64,000 nucleotides of DNA from Dehalococcoidia bacterium (GTDB lineage: Bacteria; Chloroflexota; Dehalococcoidia; Bin125). Shown piece after piece: positions 39,244 to 48,122 of the stretch (position 1 is its first letter; the number at the start of each line of letters is the position of its first letter). A model generated the notes under the pieces. It did not search any database. It was given only the letters and a program-made list of their open reading frames with translations, and had not been told where the DNA came from. Position numbers and translations under genes: made by a program. The DNA lies in assembly GCA_022828105.1 (NCBI GenBank), contig JAJEJC010000001.1, positions 5,918 to 69,917 on the forward strand. The letters run 5' to 3'.

Positions 39244-39301
39244 CCAGTTCCTGCTTCACGCAGGAACCCGCCCCCAGTTCCTGCTTCACGCAGGAACCCG
39301 C
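39244..39301. repeat. 2 tandem copies (period 30) of CCAGTTCCTGCTTCACGCAGGAACCCGC, each an 8-bp-stem hairpin with loop TTCAC
   Basis: Hairpins GTTCCTGC-TTCAC-GCAGGAAC at 39247-39267 and 39277-39297, immediately after the Anbu stop. Confidence 0.85.
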
Positions 39302-39311
39302 TCCGTTCCCC

Positions 39312-39359
39312 TCTCCCCCCGCGCCTCGCGGGGGGAGATGCCGCAGGCAGAGGGGGGCG
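39312..39359. repeat. REP-like hairpin of the same family as 9792-9902
   Basis: TCTCCCCCCGC-GCCTC-GCGGGGGGAGA followed by TGCCGCAGGCAGAGGGGGGCG. One mismatch in the tail relative to 9882-9902. Confidence 0.8.
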
Positions 39360-39384
39360 CCCAACCTGTGCGACAATCCAACCC

Positions 39385-42189
39385 ATGACCACCGAAACCG
39401 CACGCGAGGAAGCCGTCAACCCGCTGCTCGGACAGCTCCTCCGACAGCGCGGCATCCCCGCCCGCGCCGAACGACGCAGCCGCGGCGACACGCCCGACAT
39501 CCGCTACGAACTGCCGACCGGCGAACTCGTCCTGCTCGAATGCAAGTGGGAGTCCGGTCACGCCGACCTGCTCGACCAGCTCAACGACCGACTGACCGAC
39601 TTCCCCGACGCAATCGCCCGCGTCGGCGTCCTCTATCCCGACGCATTCAAGCACGTCGACGATATCCAGGACGAACTCGAACACACCCTCAACCTCCAGT
39701 GGTTCCTCCACAGTTCCCGACAGCAGACCTACGCCGACCCACCCATCCGCGACGGCGGTCTGGATCAACTCGCCGACCATCTCCGGCCGATCCTCCTGGA
39801 GGTTGAGGGCTACGACCTCATCACCCAGGCCGCAGACGACGTGCGACTCGCACTGGAAGACGCCGCCGCCTCCATCAACAAGCACGCCAACATTGGACGC
39901 CGAATCTCCGAGGTGATTGCCGAAGCGGATAAGGAGAGCGACCGCGCGGCCGCCCTGCGCATCGGCTGCCTCGTGCTATTCAATGCGCTCGCGTTTCAGG
40001 ATCGCCTCTCCGCCCTCAATGAAGACGTGCCAACGGCGCAGGAAGTGCTTAACGCCGGCGCAGCCGACTTGCGCGACATCTGGCTCACGATCTGTCGCGA
40101 GATTGACTACGTCCCAGTGTTCGAGATCGCCGCAGAGATCCTGGGCATCCTCAGCGATGCCCCTGGCAACATCCAGAACGGCGCCATCGTGCCACTGGTT
40201 AGGGCTGTAAGAAAGACCGCTCGAATCGAGGGGCACGATCTTGCGGGCCGTCTGTTCCACACCCTGCTTTCCGACGCCAAGTTCACAGGCGCCTACTACA
40301 CGTCCGTCCCAGCTGCCACCATCCTCTCCCGTCTGGTCTTCGAGGACTGGCCGAAAGGCGTTGACTGGTCCAACCACGAGCTCCCGTCAGCGCTCAACAT
40401 CGCCGACCTTGCCTGCGGTACTGGCACCTTGCTCATGGCAGTTGCCGCCGAAGCCGAACGCCGGCATCTGAATGCAGGGGGAAGCGACGCACGCCAGTTG
40501 CACAAGGAGCTAGTCGAACAGGCTTTGCACGGCTACGACGTGCAGCTCTCTGCGATCCACTTTGCTGCCACAAGCCTGGCCATGCTCAACCCTCACATTG
40601 AGTTCGACCGCATGAACCTCTACGTCATGCCACTCGGTGTCAACGGCGACCAGGTCTCGCTCGGCTCTCTGGACTTCCTCGAAGAGGGCAAAGCCCCAAT
40701 CCAGCATTCTCTATCAGCCCATGCCTTCGGCCTGTCCGAGCAGGCGGCGGAGCAAGTGACCGGTGGAGGTCTGGAGTCTTCCCCGACTCAGCAGACTGCA
40801 GAACTGCCCAAACTCGATCTTGCGATCATGAATCCGCCGTTTACACGCGCCGGACTGATGCTGTTCGGGATGTTGCCGCAAGCCGATCGCCGCAAGGTTC
40901 AGCAGGAGCTATCGCGCCGATTGCGCTCACGCAGCGGCTCCGCGATCGCTGGCCTCGGTGCGGCCTTCGTCGCCACCGCCGCGCCGAGGCTGCAACCGGG
41001 CGAAGGCCGCCTGGCGTTGGTGTTGCCCGCCACGCTCTGTACTGGGTCATCCTGGCAACAGACCCGCTCGTTGATTGAGCGCGACTTCAAGCTCGATATG
41101 GTCATCGCCTCACACGATCCCCTGCGCTGGAACTTCTCCGACAGCACCGACCTCTCTGAAGTCCTGCTGATCGCCACCAGGCGCGAGGTCGGCGAGATCG
41201 GCATGCAACACCGCACCACCTACGTCAATCTGTGGCAGAACCCCGACAGCGTGCTCGACGCCCAGCGAACCGCCGACGTCATCGCCCGAACCTCGCCCGC
41301 CGAAATCGAGTCGCTTGGTTGTGCGCTGCTCAGCGTCGGAGGACAACACGTCGGCGAAGCGACGTCGATCCCTATGTCGCGCTACAACAACCGCAAGTGG
41401 GCCGCCATCCAGTTCTCCCGCGCCGATCTCACCCGTGCCGCCTTGAGCCTGACTGAGACCGGCGAAATCAGCCTGCCAGGCTCAAGCCGAGCCGCCACGA
41501 TCTCCCTCTGCGAACTCTTAGACATCGCAACAATCGGCCCTGATCGCCGGCGCTTGATCGACGGATTCGAGCGGACGTCAACCATCACGGCCTATCCGAT
41601 GGTGGAAGGTCATGACACGGACGACCGCACGTCAATGACTTGTGCACCAGACGCCTACCTCTCCCCGCTCGCTGTCCCCAAAGGCGGGCAGCGTCCTGGC
41701 TACGGCGACCGGCTCTGGCAGATGTCGAGCCGCCTGCTCGTCGCAGAGCGACTTTGGCTGAACACGACTCGCGTTTTAGCCATGCATTGCGATCAAGCGG
41801 TGCTCTCCAACGTCTGGTGGGAGGTGCGGGTAGAGGACGAAGAGACTGAGAAGGCACTTGCTGTCTGGTTGAACCCAACGCTAGGCATCATCTCGCTCCT
41901 AGGGCAGCGCACGAGCACGCGTGCTGGCTGGGTCGCCAGCAAGAAAGCCGACCTGGGGAAGCTACCTGTCCTCGATCCGCGAGAGCTCTATCCAGAGCAG
42001 CGATCCCAGCTCGCTGACCTGTTCGATTCAAGCGCCCACCTCAGCTTCGAGCGCCTACCCGCAATGGTCGACTGCCCCGCCCGCAAAGCCCTGGACGACG
42101 GCCTCTCCGAGATTCTGGACTTGCCCGACTTGGCCGTGCTGAGGCGCTTGTTGGCGTCGGAGCCGGTGGTCTCGAATCAGCGGTTGTGA
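39385..42189 (+). CDS. single-chain PD-(D/E)xK nuclease-like / N6-adenine DNA methyltransferase / TRD fusion (type IIG/IIL-like R-M architecture)
   Basis: N-terminus TPDIRYEL...LVLLECKWE (D...ExK). MTase motifs GAYYTSVP, DLACGTGTLL, GYDVQ, IMNPPFTRAG. About 330-aa C-terminal tail with LNPTLGIISLL...LPVLDP pattern of TRDs. No obvious SD. Unusually C-ending codon bias. Confidence 0.7.
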   Translation: MTTETAREEAVNPLLGQLLRQRGIPARAERRSRGDTPDIRYELPTGELVLLECKWESGHADLLDQLNDRLTDFPDAIARVGVLYPDAFKHVDDIQDELEHTLNLQWFLHSSRQQTYADPPIRDGGLDQLADHLRPILLEVEGYDLITQAADDVRLALEDAAASINKHANIGRRISEVIAEADKESDRAAALRIGCLVLFNALAFQDRLSALNEDVPTAQEVLNAGAADLRDIWLTICREIDYVPVFEIAAEILGILSDAPGNIQNGAIVPLVRAVRKTARIEGHDLAGRLFHTLLSDAKFTGAYYTSVPAATILSRLVFEDWPKGVDWSNHELPSALNIADLACGTGTLLMAVAAEAERRHLNAGGSDARQLHKELVEQALHGYDVQLSAIHFAATSLAMLNPHIEFDRMNLYVMPLGVNGDQVSLGSLDFLEEGKAPIQHSLSAHAFGLSEQAAEQVTGGGLESSPTQQTAELPKLDLAIMNPPFTRAGLMLFGMLPQADRRKVQQELSRRLRSRSGSAIAGLGAAFVATAAPRLQPGEGRLALVLPATLCTGSSWQQTRSLIERDFKLDMVIASHDPLRWNFSDSTDLSEVLLIATRREVGEIGMQHRTTYVNLWQNPDSVLDAQRTADVIARTSPAEIESLGCALLSVGGQHVGEATSIPMSRYNNRKWAAIQFSRADLTRAALSLTETGEISLPGSSRAATISLCELLDIATIGPDRRRLIDGFERTSTITAYPMVEGHDTDDRTSMTCAPDAYLSPLAVPKGGQRPGYGDRLWQMSSRLLVAERLWLNTTRVLAMHCDQAVLSNVWWEVRVEDEETEKALAVWLNPTLGIISLLGQRTSTRAGWVASKKADLGKLPVLDPRELYPEQRSQLADLFDSSAHLSFERLPAMVDCPARKALDDGLSEILDLPDLAVLRRLLASEPVVSNQRL

Positions 42190-42264
42190 GCTTCCAGGCG
42201 GATCGCCACCTGTGAAGGCCATGGCTTGATTCGCCTATGAGTAACTGACCTGAGGAGAGGGATC

Positions 42265-43545
42265 ATGACCCAAGCCAGACGCCCCCGAGTTGCTGCGATC
42301 GGCATGAGTGATGCCCAGCTTGAGTCCATCTCTATGCTCTGCGGCGACCTCCGACATGCTGACACTTTGGCCGAGTATCTCCAGCGTTACAACTGGAGAG
42401 AGACAGACGTTGTCGTCGCCGAGGAGCTCGGATATGATCAAGTCGATCCTGGCGTTAATCTCATGATTGCCGGTCATACCAATCTGTCCTGGAGAGACAC
42501 TTATAGCACTCGAACGCGTCGGATTCAGCACAGAGCGTATACAAGACGTAGCAACACTGAGAGAGAAGTCAGCGTACCTAACTCTTGCCCAGACAACTAC
42601 AATTCACTCGCTGTGCGGTTGTCCAATCAGATCGCCAATGGCAAGGAACCACCACCTGTGTTAACGACTTCCCGTGAGGATAACACTGCCATCATCGAGA
42701 CGACATCGGGTCATCCTGTCGCGTTGCGTATTGAGTTACCACAACGAGAAGTCGGCGATGCTGTCACGCTCAATCGCCCAACAGCCCTGCTGCTTCCGCG
42801 AGTGTACAATCTCGCCGCCTGGTTCACAGCATTCCTAGTTGATGTCAACGTGCACGATCCTCGTCGTGTGCCCCAGCCACCACCACGCCTCCAGAGAGCC
42901 TCGGACTGGTATACGCCGAAAGAGAGAGCGCTGGCGGCGGAGATTGATAGAGCATCCGTAGACATCAGGCAAATGGTCGAGAAACGCGATCTGCTTCAGG
43001 AAGAACTAGTCAGTGCTGGTAAGGGGGCCGATCGAGAGACACGAAGAGTGATCTGGGAGGACGGTGAAGAGCTGGTCGCCGCGGTCAGCGAGATTCTGTC
43101 TGACCTCGGCTTTCAGGTTCAAGATATGGATGCTGGGCTAGATCCGAATGAGCAAAGGCATGAAGACCTACGGTTGACGGTGCCGCAGAGGCGCAACTGG
43201 GAAGGGATGGTTGAGGTCAAGGGCTACACCAACGGCACTCGAACGAACGACGCCCGCCAGATTCGTGAGCATCGTGAACACTACATCTCTGAGAAGGGTC
43301 AGCCTCCTGACTTGACTCTGTGGATCGTAAATCCATTCCGCCACAAGGATCCCTCGTCTCGCCCATCTCCCAGCAGCAACGTAGGAGAGGCTGCCTCAAA
43401 CGTCGGCGCGGTTCACGTCTTGGCGACAGACTTGTACCGGCTGTGGGTCCTCGCGCAGATAAGAGACTTGGACGCGGGTGACGTAGTACAGGAGCTGATC
43501 GACGCCACTCCGGGTCTCTGGAAGTCCACAGCGCTGGGCGACTGA
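42265..43545 (+). CDS. hypothetical partner protein with coiled-coil segment and C-terminal PD-(D/E)xK-like core
   Basis: Strong SD GAGGAGAGGG. C-terminus LVAAVSEILSDLGFQVQDMD...HEDLRLTV...MVEVKGYTNG (helix, D, ExK). AGA/AGG-rich, AT-ending codons unlike the flanks. Confidence 0.6.
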   Translation: MTQARRPRVAAIGMSDAQLESISMLCGDLRHADTLAEYLQRYNWRETDVVVAEELGYDQVDPGVNLMIAGHTNLSWRDTYSTRTRRIQHRAYTRRSNTEREVSVPNSCPDNYNSLAVRLSNQIANGKEPPPVLTTSREDNTAIIETTSGHPVALRIELPQREVGDAVTLNRPTALLLPRVYNLAAWFTAFLVDVNVHDPRRVPQPPPRLQRASDWYTPKERALAAEIDRASVDIRQMVEKRDLLQEELVSAGKGADRETRRVIWEDGEELVAAVSEILSDLGFQVQDMDAGLDPNEQRHEDLRLTVPQRRNWEGMVEVKGYTNGTRTNDARQIREHREHYISEKGQPPDLTLWIVNPFRHKDPSSRPSPSSNVGEAASNVGAVHVLATDLYRLWVLAQIRDLDAGDVVQELIDATPGLWKSTALGD

Positions 43546-43603
43546 CTGCCCGCTGCACCCCAAGCCAAGGTCGGTCCGGCGAATGGGTGAGCGACTGGGC
43601 GAA

Positions 43604-43669
43604 GCCGAGCGGGTCCCTGAGCGGAGTCAGGGACCGGAGGCCGAGCGGGTCCCTGCGTGAAGCGGGGAC
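43604..43669. repeat. REP-like repeats: GCCGAGCGGGTCCCTG x2 (period 36) with hairpins 43612-43635 and 43649-43669
   Basis: GGTCCCTGA-GCGGAG-TCAGGGACC and GTCCCTGC-GTGAA-GCGGGGAC. The latter is the inverted counterpart (loop GTGAA vs TTCAC) of the 39247 hairpin. Confidence 0.75.
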
Positions 43670-43736
43670 TTGGATGGTTGTAGGCTGGCGGGGACTGCGG
43701 CGTGGGCCGGGGGCAGCGTAAGCGGGCGTACAACTC

Positions 43737-44840
43737 GTGGCCAACCGACCGCTCGCTCAACTCCGCGAGCGTCGCCCTGAGTGGGCCGACGCGGGCGAGA
43801 CGCCGTTGCCCGGACTGTTGGGCATTCTCGCCTGGGCGACGCTGTCCGCCGCGCTGCTGGCGCTGGTCGCCGCCAACCTCGTCCTGGGCGCGTTCGACGT
43901 CGAGTTCCCGCGCATCGTGGGGCTGCTGTTCGACAAGGCCGGCATCGATCTGGGCATCGAGTACACGCGCCGCGAGGAGGCCGTGGTCTGGGTGATCCGG
44001 CTGCCGCGCATGGTCATGGCGGCGCTGGTCGGGGCCGGACTCGGCGTCTCCGGAGCGGCGCTGCAGGGGTTGTTCCGCAACCCGCTGGCCGATCCGGGCC
44101 TGATCGGCGTCTCCAGCGGCGCCGCGTTCGCCGTCGCGTTGTCGATCGTGCTCGGGATCACTGCCTGGGGATCGTTCGTGCAGCCGCTGGCGGCGTTCAT
44201 CGGCGGACTGACGCTGACCTTCCTGATCTACGCCTTCGCGCGGCGCAGCGGACGCCAGCAGATGGCGACGATGCTGCTGGTCGGCATCGCCGTCAACGCG
44301 CTGCTCGCCGCCGCGATCAGCTTCATCCTCTCCTTCTCCAACGACGCCGAGCTGCGCGACATCGTGTTCTGGACGCTGGGCAGCCTGGCCGGCTCGATCT
44401 GGAGCTATGTCCTCGCCGCCGCGCCGCTGATCCTCTTCGCCGTGGCGGTCCTGATCCGCCAGTCGGGCGCGCTCAACCTGCTCTCGCTCGGCGACGCCGA
44501 GGCCCGCCACCTGGGACTGCGCGTCCAGCGCTCGCAACTGTTTATCGTCACCGCCGCCGCGATGGCCACGGGCGCCGGCGTGGCGGTTGCCGGCGTGGTC
44601 GGATTCGTCGGCCTGATCGCGCCGCACATGGTGCGCCTCGCGGTCGGTCCCGATCACCGCCGCCTAATGCCGGCCAGCGCCATCGCCGGGGCCATCCTGG
44701 TGCTGGGCGCGGATCTTGCGGCGCGCACGATCGTCGCGCCGTCCGAGTTGCCCCTGGGCGTGCTCACGGCGCTGATCGGCACGCCGGTCTTCCTCTTCCT
44801 AATCGACCGCGCGCGCCGCAGCCTGGCCTCGGGCTTCTAG
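43737..44840 (+). CDS. FecCD-family ABC transporter permease (iron-siderophore/cobalamin type)
   Basis: LPRMVMAALVGAGLGVSGAALQGLFRNPLADPGLIGVSSGA is the hallmark FecCD region. GTG start. No cognate ATPase or binding protein adjacent. Confidence 0.85.
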   Translation: MANRPLAQLRERRPEWADAGETPLPGLLGILAWATLSAALLALVAANLVLGAFDVEFPRIVGLLFDKAGIDLGIEYTRREEAVVWVIRLPRMVMAALVGAGLGVSGAALQGLFRNPLADPGLIGVSSGAAFAVALSIVLGITAWGSFVQPLAAFIGGLTLTFLIYAFARRSGRQQMATMLLVGIAVNALLAAAISFILSFSNDAELRDIVFWTLGSLAGSIWSYVLAAAPLILFAVAVLIRQSGALNLLSLGDAEARHLGLRVQRSQLFIVTAAAMATGAGVAVAGVVGFVGLIAPHMVRLAVGPDHRRLMPASAIAGAILVLGADLAARTIVAPSELPLGVLTALIGTPVFLFLIDRARRSLASGF

Positions 44841-44850
44841 GCCTGCCTGC

Positions 44851-47262
44851 CTAGGCCGGTGCTTCGCTCGGCGCTTCAGTCGGCGCGTCCGACCTCGGCA
44901 TCCGGAATCCGACGCGCGGTTCGGTGAAGATGTAGCGCGGCTGCTCGACATCGTCGCCCAGCTTGCGCCGCAGCTTGCCCATCATCGTGCGCATCGGCCG
45001 CAGATCGGAGTGGGGCTCCTTGTTCCAGACCCTGGTCAACAACTCCTCGTATGTCACGAGCTGTCCGCCCTTGGCCGAGAGCTCGGCCAGCATCCGGTAC
45101 TCGGTCGGCGTGAGCCGGACCAACTCGCCGTTCAGCGTCACGCGGCGTTCGATGTAATCGACCGCGAGGCCGTCGCGCAGGTACGGCGGCGGCGGCTCGA
45201 AGACTTCGCGCCGCCGCAGGGCAGCCTTGATCCGCGCCACAAGCTCGGTCGGCGAGAACGGCTTGACCACGTAGTCGGCGGCGCCGTTCTCGAAGGCCCG
45301 CGCGATCAGTTCGTCGCGTCCGTAGGCGGAGATGAAGATGACCGGCACGTCGGCGATCTTGAGCATCTCGCCCATCAGCTCGATGCCGTCGGCGCCGGGC
45401 AGGACGAGGTCCAGCAGCACCAGGTCGGGCCGCTCCCGATCCATCAGCCGCAGCGCGTCGCGCGGATCGCCCGTGAGCAGCGGCTCGAATCCGTCCCGCA
45501 CCAGCGCGTCGCGCACGTAGTGCAGCGCCTGCGGATCGTCGTCCACGGCGAGCACGCGGGTCAGCGCCGCCCGCGCGGACCGGACCTCGCTGCGGGCAGG
45601 CGCCGGAGCAGCCGCCACGGGTGCGCTTGCGGCGGCCTCGACGGTGGGCAGGGTGAACGTGAAGCGAGCGCCGAGTCCGGGCCCCTCGCTCTCGGCCCAG
45701 ATGCGTCCGCCGTGCGCCTCGACGATGCCCTTGCAGATTGCCAGTCCGAGTCCGGCGTCTCCGCCCTGATCCTCGTTCTGCGCGCTCGAGAACTTGCGGA
45801 ACAGCAGCGGCAGACTCTCGGCCGGAATGCCTCGACCCTGATCCGACACCGAGACGGCGAGGTGGACCGCGTCTCGCGCGACGTTCAGACTGATCAGCGA
45901 TGACTCAGGAGAGTTGCGAGCGGCGTTGTTCAGCAGATTGACGAGCACCTGGACGATGCGCCGCCGATCGGCCATGACCAGGGGCAGTTCCGGTTCGAGA
46001 TCGATCTGCAGCGACCTCCCGTCTCCGGTGTTCGTGAAGGCGGTTCGGGCGCGATCAATCAGGACCTGCATCTCCGCCGGCTCGGGATTGACCGGCAAGT
46101 CGCCGGTCTCAATCCGTGCCACGTCGAGCAGGTCGGAGACCAGGCTGTTCAGGTGGTCGGTCTGATCCTCGATGATGCGGAAGAACTGTCGCACGATTGC
46201 CGGATCGAGCTCGACGTCTGAGTTCAGCACCGTCGCGGCGGATCCCTTGATCGAGGTCAGCGGCGCTCGCAGCTCGTGGCTGACCATGGCCAGGAACTCG
46301 GAGCGCAGGTGCTCCAGCTCCTTGACCGCGGCCATGTCCTGCATCGTGACAACAACCGACTCGACGACGCCCGCGGGCGAGACGATCGGCGTCGCATTGA
46401 TCAACACGGTGACGCGGCGTCCATCGGCGACTGTCAGTACGATCTCCTCGGCGCGCACGGTTTCGCCGACGCCCAAGAGCTCGGTCATCTTCAGCTCGCG
46501 CAGCGAGAACTCGCGCCCGTCGGCGCGCCGGCAGCTCACCACCTCGAGCAGTTCCACCGCCGACTGGCCGGGATCGCGCAGGCGATCGACGATTCGCGAC
46601 GTTTCGCGATTGAACGACTTGGGCGCACCGGTCGTGGCATCGAGGACCACCACGCCGACCGGCGATGTCTCGATCAGCGTCTCGAGGTCGGCCCTGGTTT
46701 GCTGCTCCTGCCGATGGCGGCGGGCATTGGCGATCACCAGCGCCGCCTGGGACGCGAACATGACCAGCGTCTCTTCGTCCTCCCTGGTGTACTCGCGGTC
46801 TGCCTGGTCGTGCGCCAGGTAGACGGTGCCGACCCCGACACCCTGGTGTCGGATTGGAGCCACGAGCAGCGACGCCGCCGGCAGCGGCGGACGGAAACTG
46901 GGCAATCCCTCGGCGCTCATGTGCGCGTCGATGTCGCGGATTCTCAGCGGTTCGTCCACTGCACTGAGGTAGGCAAAGAACGCCGGGGCCTCAGGCATCT
47001 CAAGGAGCGCCTCGCGTTCGTCCGCGGTGACGCCGGAGACGATCAGGTTGGACGTCTGGCCGTCGTCGCTCAACACCGTGATCGCCCCGTAGCGCGAGCC
47101 GGTCAGCGCCTTGGCGCTGTCGACGACATCTTGCAGGACGGTGTCAAAGTCCAGGCTCTCCGAGATGCGCAGGCTGGCTTCGCCCAAACGGGACAGGCGA
47201 TCCTCCAGTTGGGCGATCCGTGCCTCGTGCTCGTTGCGTTGCACTGTCATCTCCAAGGTCAT
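44851..47262 (-). CDS. hybrid sensor histidine kinase fused to OmpR-type response regulator (GAF-PAS-HisKA-HATPase-REC-winged helix)
   Basis: H-box SHELRAPL, HATPase N/G boxes (LLNNAARNS; GLGLAICK), receiver VLAVDDDP...DLVLLDLVLPGADG...KPF, C-terminal LTPTEYRMLAEL...RKLG...GFRM. Start at 47262 or 47250. Confidence 0.85.
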   Translation of the reverse strand: MTLEMTVQRNEHEARIAQLEDRLSRLGEASLRISESLDFDTVLQDVVDSAKALTGSRYGAITVLSDDGQTSNLIVSGVTADEREALLEMPEAPAFFAYLSAVDEPLRIRDIDAHMSAEGLPSFRPPLPAASLLVAPIRHQGVGVGTVYLAHDQADREYTREDEETLVMFASQAALVIANARRHRQEQQTRADLETLIETSPVGVVVLDATTGAPKSFNRETSRIVDRLRDPGQSAVELLEVVSCRRADGREFSLRELKMTELLGVGETVRAEEIVLTVADGRRVTVLINATPIVSPAGVVESVVVTMQDMAAVKELEHLRSEFLAMVSHELRAPLTSIKGSAATVLNSDVELDPAIVRQFFRIIEDQTDHLNSLVSDLLDVARIETGDLPVNPEPAEMQVLIDRARTAFTNTGDGRSLQIDLEPELPLVMADRRRIVQVLVNLLNNAARNSPESSLISLNVARDAVHLAVSVSDQGRGIPAESLPLLFRKFSSAQNEDQGGDAGLGLAICKGIVEAHGGRIWAESEGPGLGARFTFTLPTVEAAASAPVAAAPAPARSEVRSARAALTRVLAVDDDPQALHYVRDALVRDGFEPLLTGDPRDALRLMDRERPDLVLLDLVLPGADGIELMGEMLKIADVPVIFISAYGRDELIARAFENGAADYVVKPFSPTELVARIKAALRRREVFEPPPPYLRDGLAVDYIERRVTLNGELVRLTPTEYRMLAELSAKGGQLVTYEELLTRVWNKEPHSDLRPMRTMMGKLRRKLGDDVEQPRYIFTEPRVGFRMPRSDAPTEAPSEAPA

Positions 47263-47434
47263 GACACATAATAGGAAGTCGTGCAAAAGGTAATGGCGCC
47301 GTCACCCAATCAGGAGACACTGCCTTCCGCTCCCGTCAATTCAGACAGGCGCAGCTTCGGCCGCCATTCGGAGCATCGACTCGATGCCGACGCGCGGTTC
47401 AGCGCGCGTCGCCAATTCTCAGTCCAGTACGCGT

Positions 47435-47510
47435 TGGTGGGCCGGGCTGGATTCGAACCAGCGACCGAGCGGTTATGAGCCGCCTGCTCTGACCCCTGAG
47501 CTACCGGCCC
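47435..47510 (-). tRNA. tRNA with CAT anticodon (Met, or Ile2 if lysidine-modified), CCA encoded
   Basis: Reverse complement GGGCCGGTAGCTCAGGGGTCAGAGCAGGCGGCTCATAACCGCTCGGTCGCTGGTTCGAATCCAGCCCGGCCCACCA folds as a cloverleaf (7-bp acceptor, GGTTCGAATCC T-arm). Lacks the initiator 3xGC anticodon stem. Confidence 0.9.
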
Positions 47511-47552
47511 GGGATGCTCTGATTGTATCGAGCCGTCGGCTACGATCCGCGC

Positions 47553-48122
47553 ATGCGATGTCGAGCGGCGTCGGGATTGCTGATCACGCTGGCGGCGCTC
47601 CTGGTTCTGGCTTGCGGGCCAACACAGGACTCGGGCGCGCTGAACGGCGGCGGCGTGATCGCGCCGGCTACCGAGCGGCCCGCCGGCATCGACTCGTTCC
47701 TGCAGCTTCCCGACGGTGTCGACAATGTCGACTTCCCCTGGTCGGAGGTCGAATTCGAACGCTCCAGCGGGACATTGACCGTGGGCGTTCTGGTCGCCAA
47801 CACCAACGAGCGCCGCTCGCGCGGGATGATGTATCGCAGCGGGTTGCCCGAGCAGAGCGGGATGATCTTCATCTGGGAGAACCTTCGCGCGCAAACGGGC
47901 GGCTTCTGGAATCCGAATGTGCCGATCGATCTCGACGTGGCATGGCTCGACGCGGACGGTTCGATCATGGAGTTCACCGTGCTGATCGCCGGTGACTCGA
48001 CTACCAAACGACCGGCCGAACCGTACTTCTTCGTCATGGAGATGCCGCGCGGACGATTTGCAGCGCTCGGTATCGAGCTGGGTGACCGCGTCGTCATCCC
48101 GCCGACCCTGTTGCCTCGCTAG
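47553..48122 (+). CDS. DUF192 domain lipoprotein
   Basis: Lipobox LVLACG. RSRGMMYRSGLPEQSGMIFIW and DLDVAWLDADG fit the DUF192 pattern. Confidence 0.7.
   Translation: MRCRAASGLLITLAALLVLACGPTQDSGALNGGGVIAPATERPAGIDSFLQLPDGVDNVDFPWSEVEFERSSGTLTVGVLVANTNERRSRGMMYRSGLPEQSGMIFIWENLRAQTGGFWNPNVPIDLDVAWLDADGSIMEFTVLIAGDSTTKRPAEPYFFVMEMPRGRFAALGIELGDRVVIPPTLLPR

Noticed and set aside
39244-39301. Possible CRISPR array (palindromic direct repeats)
   Set aside because: There are only two abutting copies with a 2-nt gap, no spacers and no cas genes. The pattern is consistent with REP-like hairpins.
43546-43736. Cobalamin or other riboswitch upstream of the FecCD permease
   Set aside because: No B12-box-like core or other riboswitch consensus could be recognised. 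The region is explained by REP-like repeats.
47388-47411. Perfect 9-bp-stem hairpin CGACGCGCG-GTTCAG-CGCGCGTCG downstream of the tRNA as an intrinsic terminator
   Set aside because: No U-tract follows on the tRNA strand. It may still be a processing or termination structure, but this cannot be supported from sequence alone.
47435-47510. tRNA(CAT) as initiator tRNA, or as the attachment site of the 39-43 kb islet
   Set aside because: The anticodon stem lacks the three consecutive G-C pairs of initiators. The tRNA is about 3.8 kb from the islet border with intact genes between, and no partial tRNA duplication is seen.
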